A stretch of 64,000 bases of DNA from Dimorphilus gyrociliatus (taxonomy: Eukaryota; Animalia; Annelida): assembly GCA_904063045.1 (NCBI GenBank), contig CAJFCJ010000042.1:1-64000 (forward strand), in the 5' to 3' direction. The translations under genes were made by a program, and so were the position numbers. Below, piece after piece: positions 26,431-37,425 of this stretch (positions within the stretch are counted from its first letter, which is position 1; every line of letters starts with the position of its first letter). A model generated the notes under the pieces. The model searched no databases, was not told the DNA's origin, and saw only the letters and a list, made by a program, of their open reading frames with translations.

Positions 26431-27335
26431 TAGAATGATTAAAAAGAAGAAAAATGAATAGATAGCCCTATGATTGGAAGGCCTAAATTTCTTTAGTTGG
26501 CCTCAGGGTAAAAAAGCAAAGCAGTTACTTAGACAACTATTGAAAGGTATACACAAAATGATAAAATTCTATAGGCACTCAGCAACAAATTACCTTGAAC
26601 TATATAGGAATGAGTAAGATCCCGATTCAGCGTAACTTTGGTGTTAGTGAATCGCAGTATCTTGATCATTCCAGTCGACAAAATACCTTTAATTTACGTC
26701 TTTAAGCAGTATAACAGCATTAAACAACATCTAATCTTATACATTTCCATACTTTAGTGAGTTAATTAAACTATTCAACCTTCATTGAATCATCTCTATT
26801 GATTGCAAACAAATAAACAAACAGGCAAACACATCAAACTATAACATTGTATTGACTTACATTTTTAGGAAACTGTCGTGAATGTTGAATGACCTGGTTG
26901 CTTTTTGAGAATGAAAATCCTGAAAAATTTATATATAAATGTACTGGTTGAAGGCTGCTTTTTGCTGTTTAATAGGCCAATTTCTATAGTTATCATGATA
27001 AGAAACAAGTCCATTTCAAGTAAAAAAAAATTGACCTACAATACCAAACTCCTTATGTCTGTTGTTTAACAACAAACTATCACAATAGTTATTCAATAAC
27101 AATGAATTGAATTGAAAATACTGTACAAAGAAATCTAGCTTCTCTTGCACAAGTAGCCGCTAGGCCGTTACCTCCCAACCCCATTTCATGTAGGGGTTAG
27201 GGATGATGGAAGAGGTTAGATAGAATTATGATAAGAGGATGTTTCCTGTCGCATCCATTTATTTAATTAGCGAAATGATAAAAGTTTTAATGGATATCAT
27301 TAAATCGTTAATTAAAACAATAATTTATCACAGAA

Positions 27336-27409
27336 GCTTCCATAGCTCAGTTGGTTAGAGCGTCGTGCTAATAACGCGAATGTCCTGGGTTCGACCCCCA
27401 GTGGGAGCA
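27336..27409 (+). tRNA. tRNA-Ile-AAT: tRNA-Ile (anticodon AAT)
   Basis: Cloverleaf: acceptor GCTTCCA/TGGGAGC, D arm GCTC..GAGC, anticodon loop CTAATAA, T arm CTGGG-TTCGACC-CCCAG; poly-T terminator at 27412-27421. Confidence 0.95.
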
Positions 27410-27831
27410 AGTTTTTTTTTCTTACCCAACATACGTCGCTCTTGCTCGCTTCATTCCTTTTCAAGAGAGTAAGTAATGCCGTCACCATAGGGTGATAGAC
27501 ACCATTCTTAGAACTTTACATCACTTTACATCATGGGAAAAGCACACAGGCGATCGTGTATGAACTTAAGGTCAGGTTTGTATTAAAACTTGCAAAATAG
27601 GAACGAATTTTCTCATTCCCACAGAAAAGTTCAGGCATTTTTAAAAATCAATACAGCACCAGTTTTGTGAGCTAATTTGCATACTGAATTCACCATCATA
27701 AAAAATTGTGTCTTTGAATGCTACTATTGTTTTTGCTTACAATACCTATTGTCGGTCTATTTCCAGTTTTCTGTTGTAAAAATCAGATGAACATATTTTA
27801 TGCTTCTGAAATAAGAGATAATAATTGAAAA

Positions 27832-28115
27832 ATGAAAACTTTTGCTCTCTACTTACTTCTAGTATTTTTGCTAGTTTGTCAAGTGAATTACGTTTCTCTC
27901 GACGATGGAAATTTACCACTTCAAACCTTTTTAAGGTCGCTTGAAAGGCGCTATTCAAACAGTTTACAGAAGAAGGTAAAATATTAAGAAAAATGAATAT
28001 AGAAGGTAATTTTTTAAAATTTTAGGGAATAGATCTGTGCCAGTATTGCATAATGGAAAATATGAAAGCCGACATTTGTTCATCGAAAAATTACTTGCAG
28101 ATCTGTGTGAATTAG
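27832..28115 (+). CDS. Small secreted Cys-peptide precursor (77 aa; exons 27832-27975 and 28026-28115)
   Basis: MKTFALYLLLVFLLVCQVNYVSLDDGNLPLQTFLRSLERRYSNSLQKK|GIDLCQYCIMENMKADICSSKNYLQICVN*; signal peptide, RR and KK dibasic sites, 50-bp phase-0 GT-AG intron. Confidence 0.6.
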
Positions 28116-28121
28116 TATCGA

Positions 28122-28762
28122 ATGCTGGAGAAGTATTCAACACTTGGACGATACATTTTCGATAATATTAAAAACAATTGTAATCGGATAACCGAAATGG
28201 ATTCAGAAAATTGCGGTCTAGACGAGAAAACTGGTAAAGTTATTGGTGAAACAATTGGTAGACAAACTATACATTTAAATATATTAACGTTATCAAAAAA
28301 TCATTTTGGTTCCGAAGTTGGAAATGATTTATTTAAAAATATTTTTGAACACTGTTCAAATCTAAGAGAGATAAGATTAAATTATTGTAATTTTCATTCA
28401 AATATTGATAATCATCTTGGTAAAGCAATTGGAAAACAATCTAAACTTGTTTATTTAGATTTAGGAAGAAATCCACTTGGATTAGATGTTGGGAAATGTC
28501 TATTTGAAAATATTAAAGAACATTGTAAACTATTAAAACAAATTTATCTTGAACAATGAGAATTCAATTCAAATATTGGTACTATTCTTTTTTGTGAGGC
28601 AATTCAACAGCAATTTTCACTTACTCATCTACGCTTGAATGATAATCCACTTGGACCGCAAATTGGAGAAAGTTTCTTAGAATACATTCAAAATAATAGC
28701 AGTCGCCTTATTGCGGTAGATGAAAATAATTGCGGTTTCAATTATACAATTCAGTCTGGCTG
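28122..28762 (+). pseudogene. RI/NLR-like LRR remnant
   Basis: ~57-aa units (LREIRLNYCNF...LGKAIGKQSKLVYLDLGRNPLG); the frame continues past TGA at 28557-28559 into EFNSNIG...LTHLRLNDNPLG. Confidence 0.7.
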
Positions 28763-29709
28763 AATGCTATTAACATAATAAATGACAATTTAACCTTAGT
28801 CAGCTAATTCAATAGTATTTTAAGAAAGTGCTCATGATAACTGCCAATGCCACCTTTGTAATTTATTCAATAATTGTTTATTTGTTTATTTTCTTAAATT
28901 TGAATGTTTAAAATATAATCGAGTCCTGTTCTCTTTATCAGTATCTACGACTACCTCCAATGATAACAGATGTTATTTTAAACAATACAATTGCAATTCA
29001 ATTTATCAATATACAGACTAAATTAGAAAAGCTAGCGTTACTTTTTAACAATGAAAACTACCTACAACCAAGAACGATTAATTCAAAATTTTTCAAAATG
29101 ATAAGAGACGCCGTTATAAGGAATATTTTAAAAATTCAAAATTGCGAAATAGACTACTAAAGAATTCAACTATATTACTATTAAGCTATATGTTTATGTA
29201 TACATATTCACTCTGTGACAACTATTCTCATTCAATATTAAATAAAAAACCCAATTAGACTGATGACCTATTCCTAACCCTGACCCTGAGGCTGAAAGAG
29301 AAAACCTCCCCAAATCAGATATTTAAAGGCTTGGTTTCGTATTTAAAAATGGTTCGGAGGACTAAAGTAGCGACTGATTTGCAGTTAGAGGGGTTCCATC
29401 TAAGGGTTACGGGTAATTAGAAAGGTTAGGTAACCCTAACCATAACCATAATTCATCTCTAACAAATTACTTATGTTATAACCATATAAATACATAAAGA
29501 GTCTGATTCATGCTCATTTTAAAATCATAACCACAGGAAGTGAAATAATTCTTTCTTTTTTTTATCTAACAACACTAACTAATTGTCACGTGACATTCAA
29601 AATTATTAAACTATTATACAGTAAATTTATTTGAATGACTAACACAGCACATGTGCTTGTGAACAGATGCTTCTCATTAATTTCTTTATATCTACAAATG
29701 CGTTAGGAA

Positions 29710-30027
29710 ATGGTTCTAACCGCAACTCTTAATCCAGATTATGACCTATATTTAGACGATGGAAATTCTCTTGAATATTCAATAAAACCTTTAATTGAGG
29801 AAAATTTTTCAATTTATGGGAAAATCTATATAAAAAATTCAAAATCAAAGAATGAATCGTTATATCTAGCTTTTGGTAGTGGAATTAATCAAAGATATCA
29901 TAAAAAATTATGCCAATTATTAGGATACGATAATATTCATTTTATCGCTCAAGTTTCCAATCCTGAGGATGGTATGATAGGCCAAAAAAATATCTTTTTA
30001 AATATTCAAAATTCTAAATGCTCCTAA
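29710..30027 (+). CDS. SRCR-like exon or gene fragment
   Basis: YGKIYIK...KKLCQLLGY resembles the 15181-15420 exon. Confidence 0.35.
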   Translation: MVLTATLNPDYDLYLDDGNSLEYSIKPLIEENFSIYGKIYIKNSKSKNESLYLAFGSGINQRYHKKLCQLLGYDNIHFIAQVSNPEDGMIGQKNIFLNIQNSKCS

Positions 30028-30329
30028 CGATTTGCAGATATCTTATCGTTAATTCCTATGAAAATGTTGCTAACTGTAGATGATGCCTTTCCCAAAGCCC
30101 TTGCAGTTTCCCTTACTTTCCCCAATTCTTCATATTTCTGGATTACCAGGTTCCTGACCTCTTTACCCCATGCCATAATGAAATAAATGATATAAAAATT
30201 AACTAAAGTAGGTAAAATAGATAATAAGTAATCAACTTAACTTGGAAAATTAATTTTGTTGAAAAAAATTTCAGTTTAAGATGTCTATTTAAACACAAAA
30301 CCGGATGTAATCTGGATGTACAGTTAATT

Positions 30330-30562
30330 TGGACTATTTGCTAGTCTAAGTCTGCTAGCATGATAGAATTTTCCTTTATCTGCCAATATTTCCAATTCAT
30401 ACAAGCATTTTGTAGTATCAGTAGAAGTTACAAGATATGGTCCACTCCATTTGCTTGTATTTATTCTGTTCATTCCTTGTCCAATGTGTTCATTTTTTAT
30501 AAGTACCCAATCACCAATTTTGTAGGTTGGTGGTTTTCTTGTGATAGTTTTATTAACTCTAT
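30330..30562 (-). mobile_element. Ty3/Gypsy integrase C-terminal fragment (second copy)
   Basis: High similarity to 35335-35560 (KWSGPY...FYHASRLRL); ends at the N gap. Confidence 0.85.
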
Positions 30563-30717
30563 NNNNNNNNNNNNNNNNNNNNNNNNNNNNNNNNNNNNNN
30601 NNNNNNNNNNNNNNNNNNNNNNNNNNNNNNNNNNNNNNNNNNNNNNNNNNNNNNNNNNNNNNNNNNNNNNNNNNNNNNNNNNNNNNNNNNNNNNNNNNNN
30701 NNNNNNNNNNNNNNNNN
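30563..30717. other. Assembly gap (155 N)
   Basis: Run of N. Confidence 1.
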
Positions 30718-30797
30718 TAGTAAATTCAAATAAATTCAAAGTTTTACCAGTACTTCCATCTGGAATTTGGTTTAGGCATGTTTGTATTATTGGGTAA

Positions 30798-31260
30798 TTG
30801 TTTTGTCCAATCTGTCAATTGTTCCAAAACTACATGTTTATACAGTGCTCTACAGAAAGAACTATTATGTACATAGGCACACACATTCAAGCAACTGCTT
30901 ATAGGAGTCAGAGTAATAGATTAATTAAGCAAAGGAACAGAGAATTGAAAAAAGAGATCAACAAATTAGTGTTGGAAGAAGACCAACGTAACTGGGTTAC
31001 AAACCTACAATTGATTCAAGCATTCTTAAATCAATCACCAGTAGAAATCACTGTAATACCTCCACAAGAACTTCCCTTTGATACCAGCAGTAGAACACTA
31101 ATTGATGTAACCATTCACACGCCTGCCCTGAATCAAGCATAATATTTGTATTCAATCAACAGCAACAATTAAAACAACTAAGAGCAAGAGCATTCAGCAA
31201 TACTGAATTAATATTAGACAGAGTTGAACAGGTTTACAGAGAAGGGGACAAAACCATAAA
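30798..31260 (+). pseudogene. Gypsy integrase core second half (degenerate)
   Basis: ATAYRSQSNRLIKQRNRELK...NWVTNLQLIQAFLNQSP..T.IPPQELPF corresponds to the TTAYHPQSNG..ER.N...W...L..N..P..T..PFEL consensus. Confidence 0.75.
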
Positions 31261-31587
31261 AGGTCAAATATTTAGAGAAAATATTATGTCTGAAATATAT
31301 ATTTTATATAGTGGTGGACTAAAAAACCTGGACACTGAAAATTTTGATAGGCCACTTTTTAAATCACCCCAAAAACATGTTTTTTTGTTTGAAGTTGGTT
31401 TTTTTTAGGCAATTTACATTATTGATAAAGGGTTATATTTATGTAATATTGAAAAAAAAACAAAATTATTGTATTTGTGAATATTAATAGGAAAAATGTT
31501 TTTACTAATTTAATTAATTTTTTCTTTATTTGGCCAAGAGACATATTAACTGTCCATTTTATTTCTGTTTTTGGATTCAAATTGACA

Positions 31588-31862
31588 AAGGAGGAATACA
31601 TCCGAAATATAGTGAGATTAGGTGTGAGATTTTTAGTGGACACACTGCAGTCCAGATTCTCTTCACTATTATGGAGAGTTTGGATTTGGGTTGTGTTGAA
31701 GATACAGTGAACAGCTTAGGCTAAGAACTACTACTTTAGATAATAGCTCCTAAGCAGCCACACAGACCCTCAACCAAACAACCTTTCAGTGTTAGTGCAA
31801 TTGGGGCTTGTCAGTCTATACTGGATTAGCAAACCCTAACCCCAAGACCTAACCCTGACCTG
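31588..31862 (+). repeat. Dispersed repeat family B
   Basis: Reverse-complement match to ~55150-55414. Confidence 0.8.
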
Positions 31863-32790
31863 ACAAAGGTTGGTAATAGTAGAACACTTACATCCTTTAA
31901 CAAATACCTAAACACAAATCATAATGAGGTTAATACTGCTCAATACATTTTCAATACTACTATTCTGTAGAAGAATAAATGATATAAATGTATTGTGTAC
32001 AGTTTTGAAGAGTAGTCAGCCTGTCTTTATAACTAATTTAAAATAATTCTGTTGGTACTGGTTTTAAATTCAAATTTATTTTCAAAATTCAATAAAAACT
32101 TGTTTTAGTAAGAGGTTTACAAACAATTGTTATTTTAATCTAATGAAGAATTATTTGCTTTCAAGACAATTAGACACACATTGGTCATGATCATAGGCAT
32201 AGTTTATCAAATGGCGGCAATCATTGCTACAAGCCATTGTCTGTAAACAAAGTATAAATAGCGTGTTATTTATAACTTATAAAACTTACTTTATTCCAAT
32301 CAGATATGAAATCATCAGATGAATCTTTCACAATCATGTTTTCCAATTCTTGTCTCTTTTCTATTTCATTCAGAATTGATCTCAGACTGCTTTCAAATAA
32401 TGGTAATGAAAAAGTTTGTAGTGAAAGGCAAACAAGTAAGCAAACTATTAAAAGTTTTTTCTCCATTTTATCAGAATACAAAACTGAAAATTTTCTTCTA
32501 AGCAAAGACCAGGATTGAAATAGTTTTATATCTTCTGCAGACTTCAATACTAAAACCAGTTTAAAACCATTTGAAAAAAAACAAGTTATCAACTAGTCTT
32601 AAACTACTTTTTCTTCTACAGAATAGTAGTATTGAAAATGTATTGAGCAGTATTAACATCATTATGATTTGTGTTTAGGTATTTGTTAAAGGATGTAAGT
32701 GTTCTACTATTACCAACCTTTGTCAGGTCAGGGTTAGGTCTTGGGGTTAGGGTTTGCTAATCCAGTATAGACTGACAAGCCCCCAATTGC
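31797..32790. repeat. ~179-bp near-perfect inverted repeats (31797-31975 and 32611-32790) enclosing 635 bp
   Basis: GCAATTGGGGCTTGTCAG...TTCTGTAGAAGAA versus TTCTTCTACAGAA...CTGACAAGCCCCCAATTGC; only ~2 differences seen. Confidence 0.9.
32151..32466 (-). CDS. Small secreted Cys-peptide precursor (88 aa; exons 32290-32466 and 32151-32240)
   Basis: MEKKLLIVCLLVCLSLQTFSLPLFESSLRSILNEIEKRQELENMIVKDSSDDFISDWNK|TMACSNDCRHLINYAYDHDQCVSNCLESK*; GTAAGT donor, 49-bp intron, TTTACAG acceptor; TATAAAA ~60 bp upstream of the ATG. Confidence 0.8.
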
Positions 32791-32949
32791 CATGTATGTA
32801 ACTGCCAGTGACTGTTTACTTTTTATGATATTCGTCCTCACATTCTACACCAATTAGAGGGTAATCTATCAAGTAACCGCAGGTATAATAGTCAATTAGC
32901 TACCTCTCAACACATGTAACATAGGAAGACCTAGATTCAATTCTATGTT

Positions 32950-35396
32950 CCTTCCTATGTACATATGTAGCCCATCCTAATTTCATGATGCAACTCAGAG
33001 CCATATTCATTACTGCACCATGAAATTCCACTGAATCTAAGGCAAGGGGTGATTTCACCTCCAATTTGGACTTGGAATATTTTTGAAAAAATGTTTATTC
33101 CTGCTACAGGTATTATTCACCTGTTGAAATTTTTCTAAGTCCAATACCTAACAATATCACAACAATATCACAAATTACTTGAACTGATTTTAGTTTTGTG
33201 CATGTGTTGAGTGTTGTTAGATCACCCAGCCAGGTGCTATGAGTTGCTTGTGTTGGGTCCAGTATTGTTGGAAGTTGAGGTACCAAGGTGTAAGTAAAGC
33301 AACCATCTTATTTCTCATAATGAACTCCTTGCATAAAAGTTGAGATATTTGTTTGAATACAGTTTGTAGATTTTGGAAATTCTTGTTAATATTATTAAGT
33401 AAGAGAGATGTTCTAACAGCATTATCAATGTCCAATTTATGGTATTTTGGTGGTGTTTCCATTGTGTGTTTATCTATATATTATTTGGGAACAACAGAAA
33501 TACATTGCAAGAGTGTGAATTTTCCATTTGCTTTCATTACTTCAAATTGATTGCCTGTTGGACTTTCATACCAAACATTTAATTTTGGTAATGGGTTGAA
33601 AGTGATTTCTTTGTGTTTCAATTTGAATTCTTTTAGTCTGATTCTTACTGTAGGTTTTAATTTGGAATTATTCAGCATTGTCAGAATGTAATTGTTATCA
33701 ATATCCCAAATGTCTGGCGAAATAATTTCATTCAAAATATATGTTTTTACTAATGTATTTTGTTGTATTGTAATTGTACAAATATCTCGTTCGCCACAAC
33801 AGTATTGGTCCTGTTCAATCATTGGTCAACTCACCAAAGTACTGGTCCAAATAGAACCTTTGAAGTTTGTCCACAAAGTAGCCTCAATAAATGTAATTTA
33901 GGTAGAAATTAATCAACAAAATGCCAGTTCATCATCCAAAGAATATGTATTGAGTAAATGAGTTTCTAGTTCTAAACAAGTAAGCTTAAACAGCTAGCTA
34001 ACAGTTGAAGAACTGAACTGCCAAGCTGGGAAATGTATTTCCTTTTATACATTTACCAAAGCTTGGGTTCAATTTGTCAAAAGAGTAAAATAAAAAGTGA
34101 AATGCAACAAAAACATTAAAGATTGTTATAATTCCTACAAAATAGAAGTTATTCTACAATTTCTTTAAACCTAAAGTCTAAATATCAATATGTTATTATA
34201 TCTAAGTGTACAACTAATGATATTGATTGGGTTCTTAGCAACATGTGATACTTTCTATCACCTTCTCTACACTAATCATTATAAGTTACAATATTTTCTT
34301 TATCTGTTTCATTTGCATTTCTCAGAAGTTATTTCTTTTTTCCTGTGTAATTTTCCAATCTTGTTGCCTCAATATTAGAAATAACTTGAAATTTTTGGTT
34401 TATTAGCATTTTCCTGACTGCATAGTTTGACTCTTGAAGATCTGTTCTAAATACATCCATTGCTTTTTGTGGAACTAATACTCTTGTTCCTGGTCCTCCA
34501 TATCCTCTTATGTATCTGTCTTGATATGGAAGATCCATAATTGCATAATTTGGGCTTGAAAAGTATCCTCCTAGCTTAATGCATTCTATATTTTTTGCCA
34601 CAGCTTTCCAAGGTGAGGTATGGCCAAGAAGGTGTTGTCCTTTCTTTGGATTAAATATAATAATTGAGTCCAGTGTTCTACAGAATTTATGTTTTATAGA
34701 ACAGTCTTCCATATATTCCAAATTTGTAGTTATTTTATCTCGGCTGGGCTGCCAATAAGCTTTACCAATTTGTAATATTGTTGTGAATTCTTCAACAACT
34801 GTTGTTCTTGGTCATTTGTAATATGGTCCCTTGTTTTCATCAAACACCAGAAGTTTTCCTTTCTGAAGAAGTTTTTGTCCCTTAAGAGTTTTTTCAGAAT
34901 AAAGCATTCTTCTACATAGTTTTTCAGTTAAGCTAAGTGTTTGTTTTTCAATTCTGTGCTTTTTTGCCCCAAAGAAGTAATATGTATAAAAGTTGATTCT
35001 TCTTTTCGCCATACACTTAACTGCTTGAATTGCTAAATTGTCAGCATTAATTTCATACACATTAGCCATAATTTTGATCATTTGTTTGGTTTCAAAGGTA
35101 CAAATGGGTTCATCTGCTAAATCAAATGATTGATGTACTTGTTGTCCTTGGCAAAACAGTACTGCTAGTAGCATTCTTACAGTTATGTTTGCTTTTGTTA
35201 TGGATACATTTGCTTGAACCAAGTTTAAAGAACAGATTACTAGCAAAGTGTAGATTATAGATCCTCTGATAGGAAGTGTTTGACCAGATCTTTGTTGCTT
35301 TTCTACTTTAATTGCATTAACTGCTATAGGTTGTTTGTTAGCTAGTCTTAATCTACTGGCATGATAGAATTTCCTTTTATCTGCCAATATTTCCAA
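32950..35396 (-). pseudogene. env-like viral fusion glycoprotein, in frame with integrase
   Basis: Signal-like IIYTLLVICSLNLVQA, then AVKCMAKRRINFYTYYFFGAK...LCRRM...GQKL...YYK(W>*)P...DCSIKHKFCRTLDSIIIF, and a helix NFQNLQTVFKQISQLLC. Confidence 0.6.
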
Positions 35397-36685
35397 TTCC
35401 TATAAACATTTTGTAGTATCAGTAGCAGTTTCCAGGTATGGTCCATTCCATTTGCTTGTATTTATTCTGTTCATTCCTTGACCAATGTATTCATTTCTTA
35501 TGTGTACCCAGTTATCCACTTTGTAAATTGGTGGTTTTCTGGTAATTGTTTTATTGACTCTATCTCTATATTTCTTCTTTGGTCTGTGAGAATTTCTTCT
35601 GGAATACCAAACATTGGGAAATAATTAAAAAACAAATGTTTTGAGATTTCCTCAGCTGCTTGAGTTTTTAGAGGAAAAACATTGGTAAATCTTGACATGT
35701 GATCTATAATGACAAGCATGTACTTGTAAGAATCATGTCCAGTAAGAGGTCCCATTATGTCCATGGCAATTCTTTGCATTGGTAGAGTTGGATGAGGTGT
35801 TTCAACCAACAAATGTTTGTTACTTGGTGCACATAACTGTTTACAAAATTAACAATTTTTTATGTGATCTTTAACTGTTTTCTTTAGCTTAGGATGCCAA
35901 AATGCTTGTTCCAAAGTATGAATAGTTATATCAACACCATAGGGTTCAAATAGTTGGTGTTGGTGAATTTGTCCAAGTAGGTTAGTTAAAGTTGAGAAAG
36001 GAATTACAAGTAGTGGTTGACAACCATTTAGATACCATATTAAGTCATCTTTCACGAACATCCCTTAAATGTAATTTTTATATTCATTCAATGAGTCATC
36101 CTCAATATTTTCTCCTTCCAATTTATCTACTGCTTTCATTAATGGAGTGTCTAGTAATTGTTCTTTATAAAAGTTTATTTCAACTGGTGCAACTTTTAGT
36201 TTCATTATTTGAGCTTGATGTTCTTTTAATTCTTCATCAAAATCATTATCTAAATTATCATTCAAATAATCATCCAATTCTTCTAAATCTTCAGTGTCAA
36301 TATAAAAACATTTAAGCATATCCTTTCTTTCTGCTAATTGGGGAACTGTATTGCCATTTTGTTTCTCTTCATTTAACCTCTCCTTAAGTAAATTTTGAAA
36401 ATCAATTACTTCATTAGTTTCTCCAATTTTTGATATCCAGTCTGCTCTGTTACTTCTTCCTGGTATGTAAATTATTTCAAAATCCATATCCATAAGTGCC
36501 ATAACCCATTTAACAGTACTTGAATTTAATTTGTTTTGTACAAATGTTTGACCCAAATTTTTGTGATCAGTATAAAGAAAAAATTTCTTATAATGCAAGT
36601 AATGGGAGAATTTTTGAACTGCCCAATAGACAGCAAAAGCTTCTTTTTGGTAGGCTGCATATCTTAGTTGTGTGTTAATGTACAC
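32950..36685 (-). mobile_element. Degenerate Ty3/Gypsy LTR-retroelement body: RNase H - integrase - env-like glycoprotein (no LTR, gag or RT seen)
   Basis: RNase H EAFAVYWAVQKFSHYL..KFFLYTDHKNL..WVMALMDMDFEIIYIPGRSNRADWISK; integrase Zn finger WHPKLKKTVKDHIKNC; core RIAMDIMGPL..LVIIDHMSRF..FGIPEEILTDQ; GPY module KWNGPY..YHASRL. Confidence 0.92.
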
Positions 36686-37094
36686 TTACACATAATGACA
36701 TATTGATATTTAGACTTTAGGTATAAATCAACTTTAGAATAACTTCTGTTTCATGGGAATTATAATGGTGGAACTTTATAAAGTCTTTTATTTTGTAGAA
36801 TAAGATTCTAGAACTTTAGAAAGAACTCTATTTCATAGGAAATAGATTCTTTGCCCATGTTAGATGGAGCCACTATGCATTTAACAAAGGAACAAAGAAC
36901 ACAGAAAAGATGCATGTCAAATTTGTTACATTTTAGGCAATACCAGATGCTACCTAAGCAGGCCTGTGCTGCAGTGGCACATGTTGGCCATGTGGTGTTC
37001 ATCTCATCATTGTATTCTATATGTGTGATATAATAGTCTTTCATATTTTTGTTACTTGTCGATTATGAGACTGCTATATTTTGCCCTCCTAATC

Positions 37095-37425
37095 CTTTGA
37101 CCAATTGTACCCAAGCTTTGGGAAATGTATAAAAGGAAATACATTTCCCAGCTTGTCAGTTCAGTTCTGTAACCATTAGCTGGCTGTTTAAACTTACTTG
37201 TTTAGAACTAGAAACTCATTTACTCAATACATAACCTTTGGATGAAATATTGGTGTTTTATTGTTTAATTTCTACGAAAATTACATTTGTTAATACTGAT
37301 TATGGATGAACTTAAAAGGTTCTATTTGTTTGAGTAATTTGGTGAATTGATAAATGATTGAAGAGGATGAATACTGTTCTGAAGAAGCAGAAATTCCAAC
37401 AATTACAATACAACAAAGTACAGTA
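37095..37425 (+). mobile_element. Inverted, diverged copy of the env-like segment 33762-34082
   Basis: Reverse-complement nucleotide similarity; MIEEDEYCSEEAEIPTITIQQS versus MIEQDQYCCGERDICTITIQQN. Confidence 0.8.

Noticed and set aside
28960-29160. Short ORFs here and at 6657-6962, 22842-23054, 37560-37757, 53880-54420 and 59094-59342
   Set aside because: No recognisable motif or consistent gene model; possibly orphan exons or decayed sequence.
33762-37425. Inverted repeats as TIRs of a Polinton/Ginger/DIRS-like element
   Set aside because: The repeated segment is internal env coding sequence, is visibly diverged, and the element continues beyond it; no terminal motifs or TSD.
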